A stretch of 56,565 bases of DNA from Octopus bimaculoides (lineage: Eukaryota). The stretch covers positions 43,804,547 through 43,861,111 of the forward strand of contig NC_068995.1 in assembly GCF_001194135.2 (NCBI RefSeq). Direction: 5' to 3'. A program made the position numbers and the translations under genes. A model generated the notes under the pieces. The model did no database searches and was not told the DNA's origin. It saw nothing but the letters and a program-made list of their open reading frames with translations. Positions 38,798-51,917 of this stretch are shown in pieces (the stretch's first letter is position 1; each line of letters begins with the position of its first letter).

Positions 38798-38990
38798 GAA
38801 GGTGCATGGTCTTGTTATTAGGATTGCTCACCTGACAAATATAGAAAGTTTTGGTTTACATTCCCTGACAGGCTGGCGTGTGGTTTCCTTGGACAAGGCA
38901 CTTCACTTCAGATATTGTGTGCCAGCCAAGTAGCTATTACCAACACGATGTTTCACTGAGTGAAGAGTAAAATGGTAGATAGTATATCTC
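38798..38990 (+). mobile_element. Group C-related SINE, degenerate
   Basis: GAAGGTGCATGGTC head and CCTTGGACAAGGCACTTCAC CORE-like block. Confidence 0.5.
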
Positions 38991-39384
38991 TGAAAGCTTT
39001 TGATTTTATAGTAATCAAAGCAAGTAGCAGAAACGACGTGGAATTATTGTTATATTTCATTTGAATTTAGTTCATGATAATATAATGAATATTATTATGC
39101 AGAAAAGACTATCATTATACATGTGCAACCTGGTTAATGGTCTGTGAGTACAGTAATATTCTGTGATGTAGAATATCAATGTCCATCATTTAGGTTTATA
39201 ACTTTACACCTCAGTATCTAACATAGATATGCTATTATAACAAAAGAAATCTGCAATGAACGTGAACAGAAGCGCATATTTCGCTCTAATACTTACCTGC
39301 TACTTTAAATGCGTTTTATTTCTTTATTAGTATCATCTTACACGTAATTATAATGTAAATCCTAATTAATCCTTTTGACTGTAT

Positions 39385-39500
39385 ATCTGAAGAAGATCCT
39401 AAGCCCGAAACGTCAAAGACACTTCTGCATGATTCTCTTTCCTTGAGCATCAAAGTAAAAATTATACTTTGTCTTTCCTGTTATTTTGTCTTCCTTGTTA
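39385..39500 (+). mobile_element. PLE-type terminal repeat fragment with hammerhead-like core
   Basis: Exact CTGAAGA (39387-39393), a decayed stem II, then CGAAACGTC. The tail is related to those at 38250 and 54160. Confidence 0.45.
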
Positions 39501-41834
39501 TTTTCGTTGTTAATTTTACATATCCACATATATATATACACATTTACCAGCGGGCGTGTGTATGCATTCATTTTATACATATATAAATATGTATGTATAT
39601 GTATGTATGTGCATGTATATATTATGTATATATNNNNNNNNNNNNNNNNNNNNNNNNNNNNNNNNNNNNNNNNNNNNNNNNNNNNNNNNNNNNNNNNNNN
39701 NNNNNNNNNNNNNNNNNNNNNNNNNNNNNNNNNNNNNNNNNNNNNNNNNNNNNNNNNNNNNNNNNNNNNNNNNNNNNNNNNNNNNNNNNNNNNNNNNNNN
39801 NNNNNNNNNNNNNNNNNNNNNNNNNNNNNNNNNNNNNNNNNNNNNNNNNNNNNNNNNNNNTATATATATATATATATATATATATTTGGAACGACTATGT
39901 GCTATCCACAAATGCATTACTGTTATATAACGCATGATTCCAGCTCTTACATTGAACACCAATGGTAATCAAATGACACCCCATCTCCTTCCACTGATCA
40001 ATCTGTTTTTATATGACTCTCTGCTAAAACGATTTCATTGTAGCACAACTATTGTTATTCTTTCGCTTTTATCATCGGTGGTGTACATCCCGGAACTCTG
40101 TTATAAGCTAATGAAGTTATTGACAGCGTTATTTTTGTGAATAGATGTTTTTATGAGTATGTGAACTCAGTGAAGCGGATAGTATAGTCTGGAAGATGTT
40201 ATGTATAAATACTTTTGGGGAAACAAAAATAGAAGTCGTTAAAGTCAGTTTTAAATGCAGGTAGAGGAAACAATACCCTTGATATTTCAGATATTAGCTT
40301 TTTGTTTAACAATGATGCGATGATGTTAATGTAAATTATATTTATGTTTTGTTCTCAGGCTACAGATGTGCATTCGTTTTATAAATATAATCTAAGTTTC
40401 ATATGTTATGTCAGCTTAGCTTGGACGTATTGCTATATGTTTCAAACGTTATGTAATATAACAGAATATATCAGAATATCTACTGATTATGTTTTAATTA
40501 TATGTAGAAAAAAAGAAACGCACACGCACACAAACATACATTCACGTATATATAATCATATTTCTGAGTAAATACTTGTGTGTTTTCGTGCGCGTATATG
40601 TATGTCTTCACATTTTTATATTTATCATTTAGTAGTATTTTTTCCGAGAAGGGACCATTTTCTAGAAAAGAGATAAAGATCAGCCACTAGAATTTAGATA
40701 ACAACGTTTGTTACTTAATTTTCCTCTTACAAGTTGTAGCTCTAAATCATTATTTAGCAGATCTTTTTGTCTGATTGAAACTCTAAACTTATCCAGATTG
40801 TCATTTAGATTCTTACTAACACAACTAAGGTAGATGCAGCTCAAAGTTTCGAAGTAGCTGTCCATAGATATTCTCTTTCTGGCTAATTGCTGAAGAGATA
40901 TTCACATCTGCAATGCAACTAACTTTCATGAACGTGCATGTTCCAATAACTATGTCATGTCTTTTATGTTGCTCTTAGTAGAAGTTATGACGGAATGTTC
41001 CACCACAACTACTTGTGTTGATATGAATGTAATTATTCTATACCAGAAGTATCGTTTATATTAATCCTAACGTAGATTTTTGATAGAAAACAACCACATA
41101 ACGTCGCAGTGGAAAATAGGCTACGTGATATATTTTTTGCAGCTAGCGATTACATGTACTATGCTCTTCATGGCTTCGTTGTCTCGTTTCTTCAAGAGAT
41201 ATTTCGGGACCATTATCTTCTGATGGACTGTAAAAACTACAATTTGAGATGTGACATGAAATAGTGGTCACGAATCGTATTAAGGTTATATTTCGTGTTA
41301 ATATTGTTATCGTTTTCAAGTTTACGAGAATCATAGTCATGATAACATGCTTGTGGTATCCAGAGTGTTTCTCTTCCAAATCATTGCTGAAATATTACAA
41401 TTCTGTTATTACGGATTAGTATGGGTAGTCGTTCGAGGTGATTGATTGGGAGAAGTTCACTACAAACTCGTAAGATGTCATTCACATCATTTTGAGCATT
41501 TGATTAATGTATTTAATTTTTCCTGCTATTGTTAAGCTGATGATTTCTGAGTGCTACCACATAGCACTCAAAGTTTATATTCACTTTAAGCCGGTTCTCT
41601 TCTCTTTCCTACTGCGATAGAGTACGTTTATGTCACTGTTACAGGGTTTATTACAGGGTTTATTAAGCAGTCGAGTATCATAGATGTCGGTATCATTAAG
41701 ATTGTGGCAAATGCTGTTACCTTGTTGTAAGAGAAAAATTCTAACATATCTTTTTTAAGTCTGGTGCAATATTTTGGGGTTACACTATCGAAGTTCACAG
41801 CATCTTTCAATGGTATATTTTAATCAAAACTTAA

Positions 41835-42020
41835 CTCCTTAGGATTTAGATTATTCTATTAAATATAAAGCTTACCTCATAGTATTGAGACTTTGATGAT
41901 GTGATCATTTATTTTTTAGAATGACATTGTATGATAGGGGTGAGAGGCCACATCTGGTTGGTTTGAACGTAAAAGAGGTAGAATATTTGGCCGGATATGG
42001 CCGGTTTAAATATTAACGGG
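41835..42020. mobile_element. Degenerate piggyBac-type MITE candidate
   Basis: TTAA (41831-41834) | CTCCTTAGGATTT ... AAATATTAACGGG | TTGA. The termini match 9/13 as inverted repeats. Confidence 0.4.
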
Positions 42021-42379
42021 TTGAGTATTGGTAGCGCATGTTGCGTAGACAGAGACACCAATAATGTTGTGTTTTGGGCTTATTTCCATCTCTACACCAA
42101 TGGAAAATGCCGCGAATAAATCCAGCTTCTTTTCAATATTCTAAATATTTTAGGCATACACCTTTAGAACGTCAACGAAGAACCTAGGATAATGGATTAT
42201 TCGTAGAACTAGACTTTCGGCTTCAAACATTCCTGTTGATATATTTATTTCATCAGAGACTTCCATTTTTTTACTTAAGTGTGTAAAATGTGTATGTATA
42301 TACATATGCATGTGTGAATACATATATGTAAATATAATTGCAATATATATACGTACTTGTAATTGAACGTAGATACGTC

Positions 42380-42821
42380 GGAAATGAACAACTGGAACTG
42401 AAATCAAAAGTGAATATTGTATATGCATTGTGTGTGATCGTGATCAAAAGCAAGATACGTGAATCATATGAAATCACATGAAAATCGAAATGGCTAGGTG
42501 GGTAATAATCTTGAACCCCAACCGTCTCTTACAACTTGTGTCATATGTCACAAAACTTGTAAGACAATATCTGGACTTTAAAGTCATATGTTAGTTCACA
42601 AGAACATTCCTTCAGAACCAGATTCAATAGAATAGCGCAACGATGTAGAAGAAACTTGTGTGATATAGGTCACTTGTGTTTTAAAGACTATCAGTCAGCA
42701 GCTGGTCTTAAAAGTCATCTGAGGGTTCATCAACGGAGTGGATTGGGCTGCCTGATGAGATGCTATGTGATGGGGTGCACTGTGTGTGGATAGAACGGTT
42801 ATCATCTGGCAAGATGAAGCA

Positions 42822-42825
<4 letters not shown>
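42380..42825 (+). mobile_element. Probable LINE (RTE-like) 3' end encoding three C2H2-type zinc fingers, ending in (TA)n
   Basis: CIVCDR...VNHMKSH (frameshifted); CVICHKTCKTISGL*SHMLVH; (G)HLCFKDYQSAAGLKSHLRVH. The latter two have C-x2-C-x12-H-x3-H spacing (first Cys lost in the third), with no TGEKP linkers. Confidence 0.5.
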
Positions 42826-42859
<34 letters not shown>

Positions 42860-42869
42860 NNNNNNNNNN

Positions 42870-42909
<40 letters not shown>

Positions 42910-43450
42910 TATATTTTATGCGTATATACACAAACTCTTTCCCACACATAATATAGCTTAACACACTATATATATTGTATGTATGTATGTATGTATGTAT
43001 GTATGTGTATAATATGTAGCATAACTACAACGCTGCCATGAAACCTATACACCATCCTGGTTAATAGTTGTATACAGTATTTAATTTGACTCTAAGTTCA
43101 CTGACGTGGTGATGATGTACTGCTACACGCCAATTACTATTTTACACCCACACACACGCAACGCACGAACACAAACATTTCTAGGAACCCATAGCTGTCA
43201 GTAGACGATCTTTCAAAGAAATATGGCCGTCGTATTGAAACAAATTCATGTAATTATCATGAAAAGCCTTTTAATTGTGTGAAAGCGTCTGGTCAACAAT
43301 GACAGCTTATACAGTTATAAAGAAATGATTTATTACTTAATTCCATTGATATATTTACTTCAAAGTAATTCTTGGTTTATAACATCATACACAGGGAATA
43401 TATGTATATGTGTGTGTGTGTGTTCGTGTGCGTGTGTGTCTATTATTTAA

Positions 43451-43516
<66 letters not shown>

Positions 43517-44632
43517 GTATATAGGTAATGTATGTATGTATGAATGCATGTATGTATGTATGCATGCCTTTCTGAGTCAGTGAGTTAGCAAGCGGCAGTA
43601 ACTCTGACCTTTGTACTCCACTCAAACTGTGGAGATTAACGCAATTGATGCGTGAACCGTAACAAGAATAATATATCTCTGCGGGAGGCAAATATACAGA
43701 TGGTCCGAATGCTTGTGGCAAAAAGAATTATGTTAAAGCTATCCAAGGACTGTGGGGATTTGTAAACTGGGGGACGTATTTTAATTATCGCCCTCATTTA
43801 TAATCCACGGGATCACCATTTGAATTGCGTGGTTCTTCCTGAGAAGAACCACGTAAGAACTTTCAAGCATATTTGTTTATCAGTTAAAATTAAGAATAAT
43901 ACTTTCTTAATCTGCGAGATTTACCAATTATTATGAAAAATTACCAAATATTTTATGCCATCAACCAGTGTAAATATTGTTTCTTTGCACTTTCTAGATA
44001 TGGGGTTATGTGATTCTGGTCAAGGATAGGGCACGGAAATTTTAAATTTGATTTTAAATTAGGTTAGTTTTGAGTATTCTGTACATTCCAATGGAATATA
44101 AATATGGCTACAAAATACGTTCTTTTGTACACGAGGTTCCGAAATATGTGAAGAGGTTTTGAATAGATTGCTCTTGTCCAGAGAATCAAGATTTTGTTAG
44201 TACTATTCAGTAGAATCTTCCCCAATAAATTGCACAACTTTCTCTGTATGTATGTTAGTACGTATGTATGTATATATATATATATATATATATATNNNNN
44301 NNNNNNNNNNNNNNNNNNNNNNNNNNNNNNNNNNNNNNNNNNNNNNNNNNNNNNNNNNNNNNNNNNNNNNNNNNNNNNNNNNGAGAGAGAGAGAGAGAGG
44401 GGGTATTTATAAATATTATTCTACGTGTGTTTTTGCGTGTGTCTTCAAATTTATATGTCTCTTAAATGATCAACAAACGAAAATTTCGTGAAAATGCCCT
44501 CAATCTCAAAGTTGTAAGTAACTCTTGTAATAAACATGATAAATCAACAATCTTATTAATACATTGAATTGTTAACCTGTTTGAAATGTAATTTGTTTTG
44601 TTTTATGTTTGTTCTTCGGCATTGGAGAAAGA

Positions 44633-44780
44633 GATAGAGACAGAGAGAGAAGGATAGAGACAGAGAGAGAAGGATAGAGACAGAGAGAGAAGGATAGAGA
44701 CAGAGAGAGAAGGATAGAGACAGAGAGAGACGGATAGAGACAGAGAGAGAAGGATAGAGACAGAGAGAGAAGGATAGAGA
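44633..44780. repeat. 20-bp minisatellite (GATAGAGACAGAGAGAGAAG) x about 7
   Basis: Directly visible 20-nt periodicity with one variant unit. Confidence 0.95.
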
Positions 44781-45599
44781 GCAAAAGATGTCTTAATGGA
44801 TTTCGGCAACAAGTCATCAACTCTGTGATAACGTGATTCTTGTATTCAACAAATAGAAAATTATGAGCCAGTGATGTTACAATAAATGAAAAAAATTCTG
44901 AAAAATATAAATGTTAACAAAAACTCGCAAATGAAAAATATATTTCGAGAAAGAATTCTAACTTGGTTTTCTTTTTCCATTGTTTTTTTTTTCTTTTACT
45001 TTTTTTTCTCTTTTTTTTTTTTTCGTTTCTTTTTGTTAGTTTGATTTTTGTGTTAAAAGATATAATCAATAACTTTCTCAATGCAAAATCAGTTTTGAAA
45101 CAAATATTTCTAATCAGCACTGTCGTCGTGCCACCGAAAACTGGATATTTTGCATTCGCTTGAGCTATGTTTCTTTATCAATTTCCATGTCTCTTTTTAA
45201 ATGTTGTTTGGACTTTTGGTGTAAAAAACTGACTTAATATTTTAATGCCAAATATATGAAGAAAATGACATTAAAAGTGAGAGTATTTACCATTCTTAAT
45301 GACCATCACTTGAAAAACAAAAAAAAAATCAACCACACACACAAACACACTCACACGCATACAAAATGATGAATCAACTATTAACAGACTCATTTCCATT
45401 TTTTGAATAAATTAATTCTTTGATTCACTAATTAAACATGCATCTTGACTCCAATTGAAATTTTACTTCAATTTTCTTTATATCCCTTTTTATTGTTTTG
45501 GTGTTATTGCTTTACAATTTTGGGTTTAAAACTGTCGAAACAGAATCATTACATTTTTTCAAGTAGAATTGTTATAGCATCCAGAACATTAATTTGAGG

Positions 45600-45780
45600 T
45601 TTTTCTTCCAGCACTTTACCTTCTGCAGTGAAATCCGCCGCCGAGATCAGTTTTGTTTTTCTTTCCAATGAAATCGATAAAGTGTGGTACCAATCAAATA
45701 CATGGATAAAATCAAATACATGACCAATTCCCTCCCCCCAAAATGATCGTTGTTGTGCCTGAACTATTATTATTATTATT
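45600..45780 (+). mobile_element. SINE group B, degenerate, (ATT)n tail
   Basis: GAAATCCGCCGCCGAGATCA...ATCGATAAA..GTACCAATC...CCCTCCCCCCAAAAT...TTGTGCCT. Confidence 0.55.
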
Positions 45781-46790
45781 GTTAGTATCATTATTATGCT
45801 AGTACGAGCTAATTTAGTTACCAGGTAATTTATCTTGAGATCTGGTAACAACAAGCCTCTTCAAATTTCAACAGGATTCTTGCAGAATATAAGATGGTAC
45901 TTTTCTGCAGGTCGACAATGCTAGTTTCAGTTTCAATCTCATACAATATTTTATGTAGCATTTTGGGTAATGTTCCAAATGCACCGATTGCTACAGGAAT
46001 AATTGTTGTCTTGGTCTTCCACAGACAGAAGTGTCCTCTGGCTAGATTCTTATATTTCTCATTTGTTTAATTTTTTGGTATCGACTCTGCTATCACAGAA
46101 AATTGAAAAATTTATGATCTGTTTATTTTGTTTTCTGTGATCATATCCGGTCTTCTTGTTTCAAGGGTATAGTCGGTTTTTATGAGGATATTCCACAAGA
46201 TCTTGTAATTGTTATTTTATATCACAAGCTCTGGTTCATATTCATACCACTTTTCTGTTGTTTTGAAGCTACACACTTGGCTCATTTCAATGCTTACTTT
46301 TGCTTACATAATCATGAATGCGTTTATACTCCTTTTGTGGTGGTATATTGCACTCACTGAAAATGTAATTGATACTTCCCTCTCGTTTGCTCCAAATTCT
46401 AGATTTGTTGTCTGACTGAGATTTTTTAAATTTTTGCCATTTTCCGGTTTCTTCTAAGGGCTGAGCGGCTATAATTAGCGTTTCTGTCTCTCATTCCAAG
46501 TTCCCCTTTGTCAAGCAGACCCAGTGATCTTGACTTCCAATATTCTCTGTTTGTTGCATGAATTGGCCATGAAGTTACCTTCCCTTTTATCTTTTGATCT
46601 GTTCTTTTTCTAGTTGAATCCTCCTACTGTTTCGATCCATTCTTTTGTAACCCTGGCTGCCGACAATATTCTTTCTTCACTCTGCACAGCATAATTCCAC
46701 AGACCCAGTGTCGCAGTACTAACAGTGTCTTTTCAGAAAGGGAGCAGAATATCTCAACATTTCTAACTCGTTCCTACATTTGTGTGCTTT
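45770..46790 (-). mobile_element. 5'-truncated R4/Dong-like non-LTR retrotransposon (CCHC + restriction-like endonuclease end) with (TAA)n tail
   Basis: In order: LHGQFMQQ...W.CLTKGNLE*ETETLIIAAQ; SINYIFSEC...QKEYKRIHD; KWYEYEP...KILWN; TRRPD; EKYKNLA...IIPVAIGAFG...LQKSTILYSARIL; then a short 3'UTR and an (AAT)n tail at about 45765-45780. Confidence 0.88.
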
Positions 46791-47759
46791 AATATGTTTA
46801 GTTTGTCTCTTGGTGCGAAGTGGGAGAAAGAAAGTGAGGGATAGGAGTCAACACCAACACTTTGCTAATTTAGTCCTCGACGCCAAGTAACTAATTACAA
46901 AGTTGACTTCGATTTCACTTGTAATTAAAGCCTAACAGACCGTAATAGATAGAGCAGGATATTATACCTGATACTGTCATGATTGTGACATGTCACCGAT
47001 AGATACAAATAACAGTTCTTCATAATCTATCTTCGCAACTGTTCTTATCCGAATATTATATAATTTTCTTTAGTAAATCTGTGTACTATATGCAGCAGTA
47101 TTTCTAGTTATTTTATCATCTGAAGAAAGTTGATTTCATCGTGAAGGTCATTAATTAGACTCACGTATCTATCGTAACTGGCTCCATTCCTGCTAAACAT
47201 TTCAAGTAAGTAATTGATGCAAGATAATAAAACAAAATCATGTGCAGAGAGAGGGCTAAAGCCTGCTTGGAATAATCCTCTTTTTATGGAGATGTTTTTC
47301 ACTTTGTATCCGCTGAAACGTTTGGCGTTTATTTAATTCCTTGTTTAAAATATTTTGGTATTATTATAACTACGTTATCCATTACTAATATTCCCATAAA
47401 CTACACATGTTAAAACTTTTCTGCTGTTAAAACTTTTCTGCTAGTTAAACCATATTAAGACAGTTCTTTACCACTACAGGCTTCTGTAATTGCTCTTTTC
47501 TCCGACAATTAATCAAAAATTCTTAACGACTTAGTGATCCCACCACTCCTTTCAGACGTGTTTTGAATTCAGATATCTCCATCTTTATTCGTCATGTTAT
47601 TATGATTCTCTACAGCCTACTTTATGTCTTCATTCGTGTCATTTCGTCACTAATTTCATTCATTAAGTCTTCAAAGATTTCTATTTTGATAAAATTTGAG
47701 GGCCGTTATCGTATTAAATGAAGATAACGAAAACTGCGGATAATGTTTTTGAAAAAAAA

Positions 47760-48480
47760 GATAACTTAAAGCATAGAATATAAAGAGCCAAATGCTGGAG
47801 GAACCAGATAATAAAATTTGGCAGATAAAATCTTGAAGCAGATAAAATTAACAGTGGTAAAAACAAAATTGTTGTGGAACATAAAATTTTATTTCTTGGA
47901 AGAGGTGTGCTGGAAAGAACATGTTGAAAATCTCTTTAATACAGCCAAATAAAAGATATGTTGATAACATCATGTCAGAATGAATCTAAAAAAGTTTTCG
48001 CTTTTTTATTAATACATGCGTGCATGCGTGTGATATACAGAATAGGAAGCATGGGAAGAATTCGAAACATTGAGAAGACGTGAAATATGAATTCAATCTG
48101 GTAATGATGTGTCTTTTATCAGGTTTGGAAATCCTCCGCAATTCTTTTCTCTTTTCTGCGATCGCGGAAACGGTTCCAAGATTCTGTATGCCTATTTTGG
48201 TACTTAAATTTAACGCAAGTCGTCATTGGCCAACACAAACCAAGAGCATATCAAAAAAATATTGACAGGTAGGCAGAGACAAGCTGAAATTAAAGTCAAC
48301 CACACTTAACAAGAAAATACCTAACAAAACAACCAAATGTGTCACATTATCACAAGAAAGTAGTTTGTGGAAGACATCTGATGTGTAATAAACTGGAATT
48401 CTTCACAAAAATATGAAAGCGAATAGTCAAATGAATGACATCATCAAAATTAAAGACACAGGTGCTATTGGAGCTCACTA
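47760..48480 (+). mobile_element. Degenerate RTE-like LINE fragment (pre-RT/RT region)
   Basis: CWKEHVENLFN matches RWKEHF..LLN. The downstream sequence is A-rich and disrupted, with weak LWK..GI similarity. Confidence 0.4.
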
Positions 48481-48627
48481 ATTAGCTAAGTGTTACACCT
48501 CTTCTCTCTGGTGCATTCTATGTTGTTTCCTTGGATTTTTACACTTATATAAAGGAACACCCATATTACTTGTATTTATAACGACTATTGCATATATAAC
48601 TTATTTTAGCTACTATATGTAATGTGT

Positions 48628-48845
48628 AAGACGGCGAGCTGGCAAAAAACGTTAGCACGGCGGACGAAATGCTTAGCGGTTTTTCGTCTGTCTTTACGTT
48701 CTGAATTCAAATTCTGCCGAGGTCGACTTTCCCTTTCATCTTTTCGGGGTCGATAAATTAAGTACCAGTTGCGTACTGGGATCAATCTAATCGACTGGAC
48801 CCCTCCCCAAAAATTTAGGGCCTTGTACCTAGAGTTGAAAAGAAT
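48628..48845 (+). mobile_element. SINE group B, full length
   Basis: Near-identical to 4972-5187. Confidence 0.9.
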
Positions 48846-49056
48846 ATATGTGTGGGGGGAGGGGGTGAATAATATATATATATATTATGTATGTGTGTGT
48901 AATATACATATTACATATATATTAGATATATATGTGCATGCGTGTATGTGTATTACGCATATTATATGTATGTATATATACATATATATAAATTTATATA
49001 TGTGTGTGTGCCTGTGTGCGCGTGTGTATAAATATATATATATATATATATTAATA

Positions 49057-49262
49057 GTTATCGCCAAGCCAACATGGCAGTCCAAACAATAGAACGAACG
49101 CTGCCATTGATTAGCTCCAAGAGGCCATCGCCTCTAGCTAGCTATGCGACACACGAACCTGTGTCCATTATAACCTTCGAACAGGGGAGGTCAGTCGCTT
49201 TCCCTTGCTGATCTGGCATCTACAGACTAGTTTCAGGGTTACGTGGATGTAACCCACATACC
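49057..49262 (-). mobile_element. Second member of the hammerhead-bearing element family
   Basis: Shares CTCCCCTG, GAGGCG and GCCAT..TGGC(A/G)ATAAC blocks with the minus strand of 8755-8926. It carries the stem GGGTTAC/GTAACCC followed by TGAAAC-TA-GTC. Confidence 0.55.
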
Positions 49263-49899
49263 CCTCTCCCACTTGCCTTGTGCCAAAACTTGACATGAAT
49301 ACAGATTTTTGTGATTGCTTTATTATTTTGTTAAGGTTGTGCTAGCTAGAATTTCCGTTTTTTCTATTTCTGTTGCTGTTTAACCGTGAAGTTTTGTTTC
49401 TTCGTAATACCGGTTAAATTAATGGTGCGTAAGGTTGTTTACTATTGTTTTTAATTCCTTACGTATTCCCAAGTGTAGATTATCACGTTCGTGACTTCTA
49501 CCTTTTAAATTTTCTGTTTTTAAATCTTCAGTATATTCTTTTTTATTTATATTTTCCTTCTTTATCATTCTGCTTAAGCTTTTATGATTCATTATGGGGA
49601 ATGGCTTTGTTATTTTGTTTTGCCAAGTTTCAGATATCTTCGTGACTTATACTTTGAATGCTTTCAGTTTTAGTTTTGATGTTTTTCTTTTATTCTTTTA
49701 ATGATTTCTGCCAGAGTACTGCGACTATGCTGGAGCATCACCTTTGATTTGAGCTCGTTATTTAAAATTCTTATCCTCAATACATATTCTCGACATGTGC
49801 TTATCTTACAAACGATTATACATATTTTTATTTTTATATATTTTTATTTTTATATATTTTTATTTCTGTCATGTTTCGTCTTTCAGCCAGTTATCTTGT

Positions 49900-50330
49900 T
49901 TAATGTCCAACGCCTTAATGTAGTTCGCTAGCTCGTTGTCCGACGTCATACTAGAAATCTAGGCTATATTTGTCTCAAGTATTTAGTAAGAATACTGTCG
50001 TAAGTTCCTATCTTGGATAAAGTGTCACTTTTAGTAAAACAAACATGTGAACATTCATATATCTTCTGTTTTATTTACGAGTTTTACATGAATAAAGTCC
50101 GGCCTTTTATTTGAACTGTCCTCATTTTAGCTGGGTAGCAAGTTTGGTCATGTATTGGGTCATGGACTATTTGATAAATCTTTTTAGGCATTAAATTCAA
50201 AGTGCGAATTCCTCAATTGATAATCTTAGGGTGAATGATGCAGTGCTTATTTGTATGCTTGTGTATTTTTGTGTTGTGGAGGGTGGGAAATCAGTTTTTC
50301 TTTATTTGGTCTGAGCTCTCGATAAATAGT
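49900..50330 (-). mobile_element. Possible highly degenerate Penelope-like RT fragment
   Basis: FPTLHNTKIHK resembles PTLYGLPKIHK. The rest is disrupted. Confidence 0.25.
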
Positions 50331-51134
50331 TTATACGTCGCTGTCTCAGATCGCCAACAACAATGAACATTGTAAGACGTTAACTGTATAAGGTAATGAT
50401 TAATAAATTTTACACCTATTACCTTCTCGGTCACCCTTCGTCTTTTCGTCATTTTTTTCATTTGGATTTGTTATATTTTAAATCGCTATTACTGGTGCTT
50501 ATTGTGGCGAACAAGTTGCGTTTCCTCATGTTACTCATTCCCGGTTGAAATGAATAAAATAATTCTTTTGTGGAAATAGAATTCAAAAGACGCAGTACAA
50601 AACCACGTTACAACACTGAATGAACATGTTCGACAATAGAAATTTATATTAGCTTTTAGTAAAAAAAATAAAACATTTCGAACAGTTTAACAAATATTTT
50701 ACACGACAACAGTAAAAACACTCTGAAACAGGTATGTTTTCGTGGGGGAAAAAACTATGAATATGAAAGCAGTAGTTTTAAAAGAGCCTATTTTACCTCT
50801 GCAATCACAAAGACGGCGTTTTAGTCTTGAATAATTTCTAAGAAAACGGGATTAGTCAGGACGCCCCCCTTCCATTGAAGTAATCTTTACCGCAAGAGTG
50901 ACGAGAAATGAGTATTGAAGAAAAGATCATGTGGTTGATGATGCCTTTTGCCTTCAAGAAATAAGAAGGCAAGAATAGCAAGAAGCAGCCAAGTTAGAAA
51001 CAAAAGTAGTGAGCCAATGTTCCGAAAGAACAATCACTCACAACTCAGGGAACAGAGGCGGCGGTCATCTCGTACACGGCCTCATGTGGATGTGAACGCT
51101 TTTTCATGTTTTACCTTTTTTTTATGTCTATCAT

Positions 51135-51700
51135 GAAGACGATAGATAAGACCAATCCATGGTGCGACAACCACATATACCACAGTTCGTTGATACTACC
51201 TCTAGAGGTGATCTAGCGTACCTTTTTAGGTAAACCTTAAATAAGGTAAATCTGTAGATTAAAGTAATAGAAAAGCATGGAATCCCCATAAAATCCTTGA
51301 TTTGTTGAACATATCCATTTGAAAAGCCCCCGTGTACGGAGAACAACTGTTTAGTAGGTAGGATGAACCCACAGGTTAACTGTAAGATTAGGAATGTTGT
51401 CTGTCGTATATGGTGTGTACTGAGGGACGGTTCAGGAACAAGACAACATACATTGGGGAGACAACACGTAGGATAAGGCAGCGGATAGTTGGACACTGGC
51501 CGGAGCTCAAAAAGCAGAAAAGCTCGTCAGTGCTCTGTCAACATGCTCAATTAGAAGACAGAGGCTCAGTTAATAACATAGACACGACACTTAGACAGAT
51601 TGGCGAGACCACATATATACTAGTAGACAGACCGATCCTCAAAAGAAAACATAAATGGAGCGATAATACCCCTTCACCACACTACGCAATATAACAACTA
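51135..51700 (+). mobile_element. Penelope-like element, RT C-terminal linker plus GIY-YIG endonuclease fragment
   Basis: KVIEKHGIPIKSLI, then NCKIRNVVCRIWC, a frameshift, and TYIGETTRRIRQRIVGH (GIY-YIG pattern NVVY...C...YIGET.R....R..EH). Confidence 0.8.
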
Positions 51701-51917
51701 AAGACAGAATGAGAGCAGACAAAAGACAAAAATACAAACTCTAAGTCTTGTGACACAATTTGAGACCAATATCAATAGATAATGCTGTTGTTTTAATATG
51801 CCACATTCTTCTCATTTCTATCATCAAGTTATTATATTTGCTCAATGTCCCAAATCTTTGCAGATGTGTTTTAGCCAGCTGGGGTTGCAACATCAAGAAA
51901 TATATAAATGTTTTCAG

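Noticed and set aside
40680-41000. Possible APE endonuclease remnant on the minus strand
   Set aside because: The similarity is too vague to support without an alignment.
43828-43853. Short perfect hairpins (11-bp stem here; 9-bp stem at 41548-41570) as Helitron ends or terminators
   Set aside because: No downstream CTRR and no Rep/helicase evidence; such stems can arise by chance.
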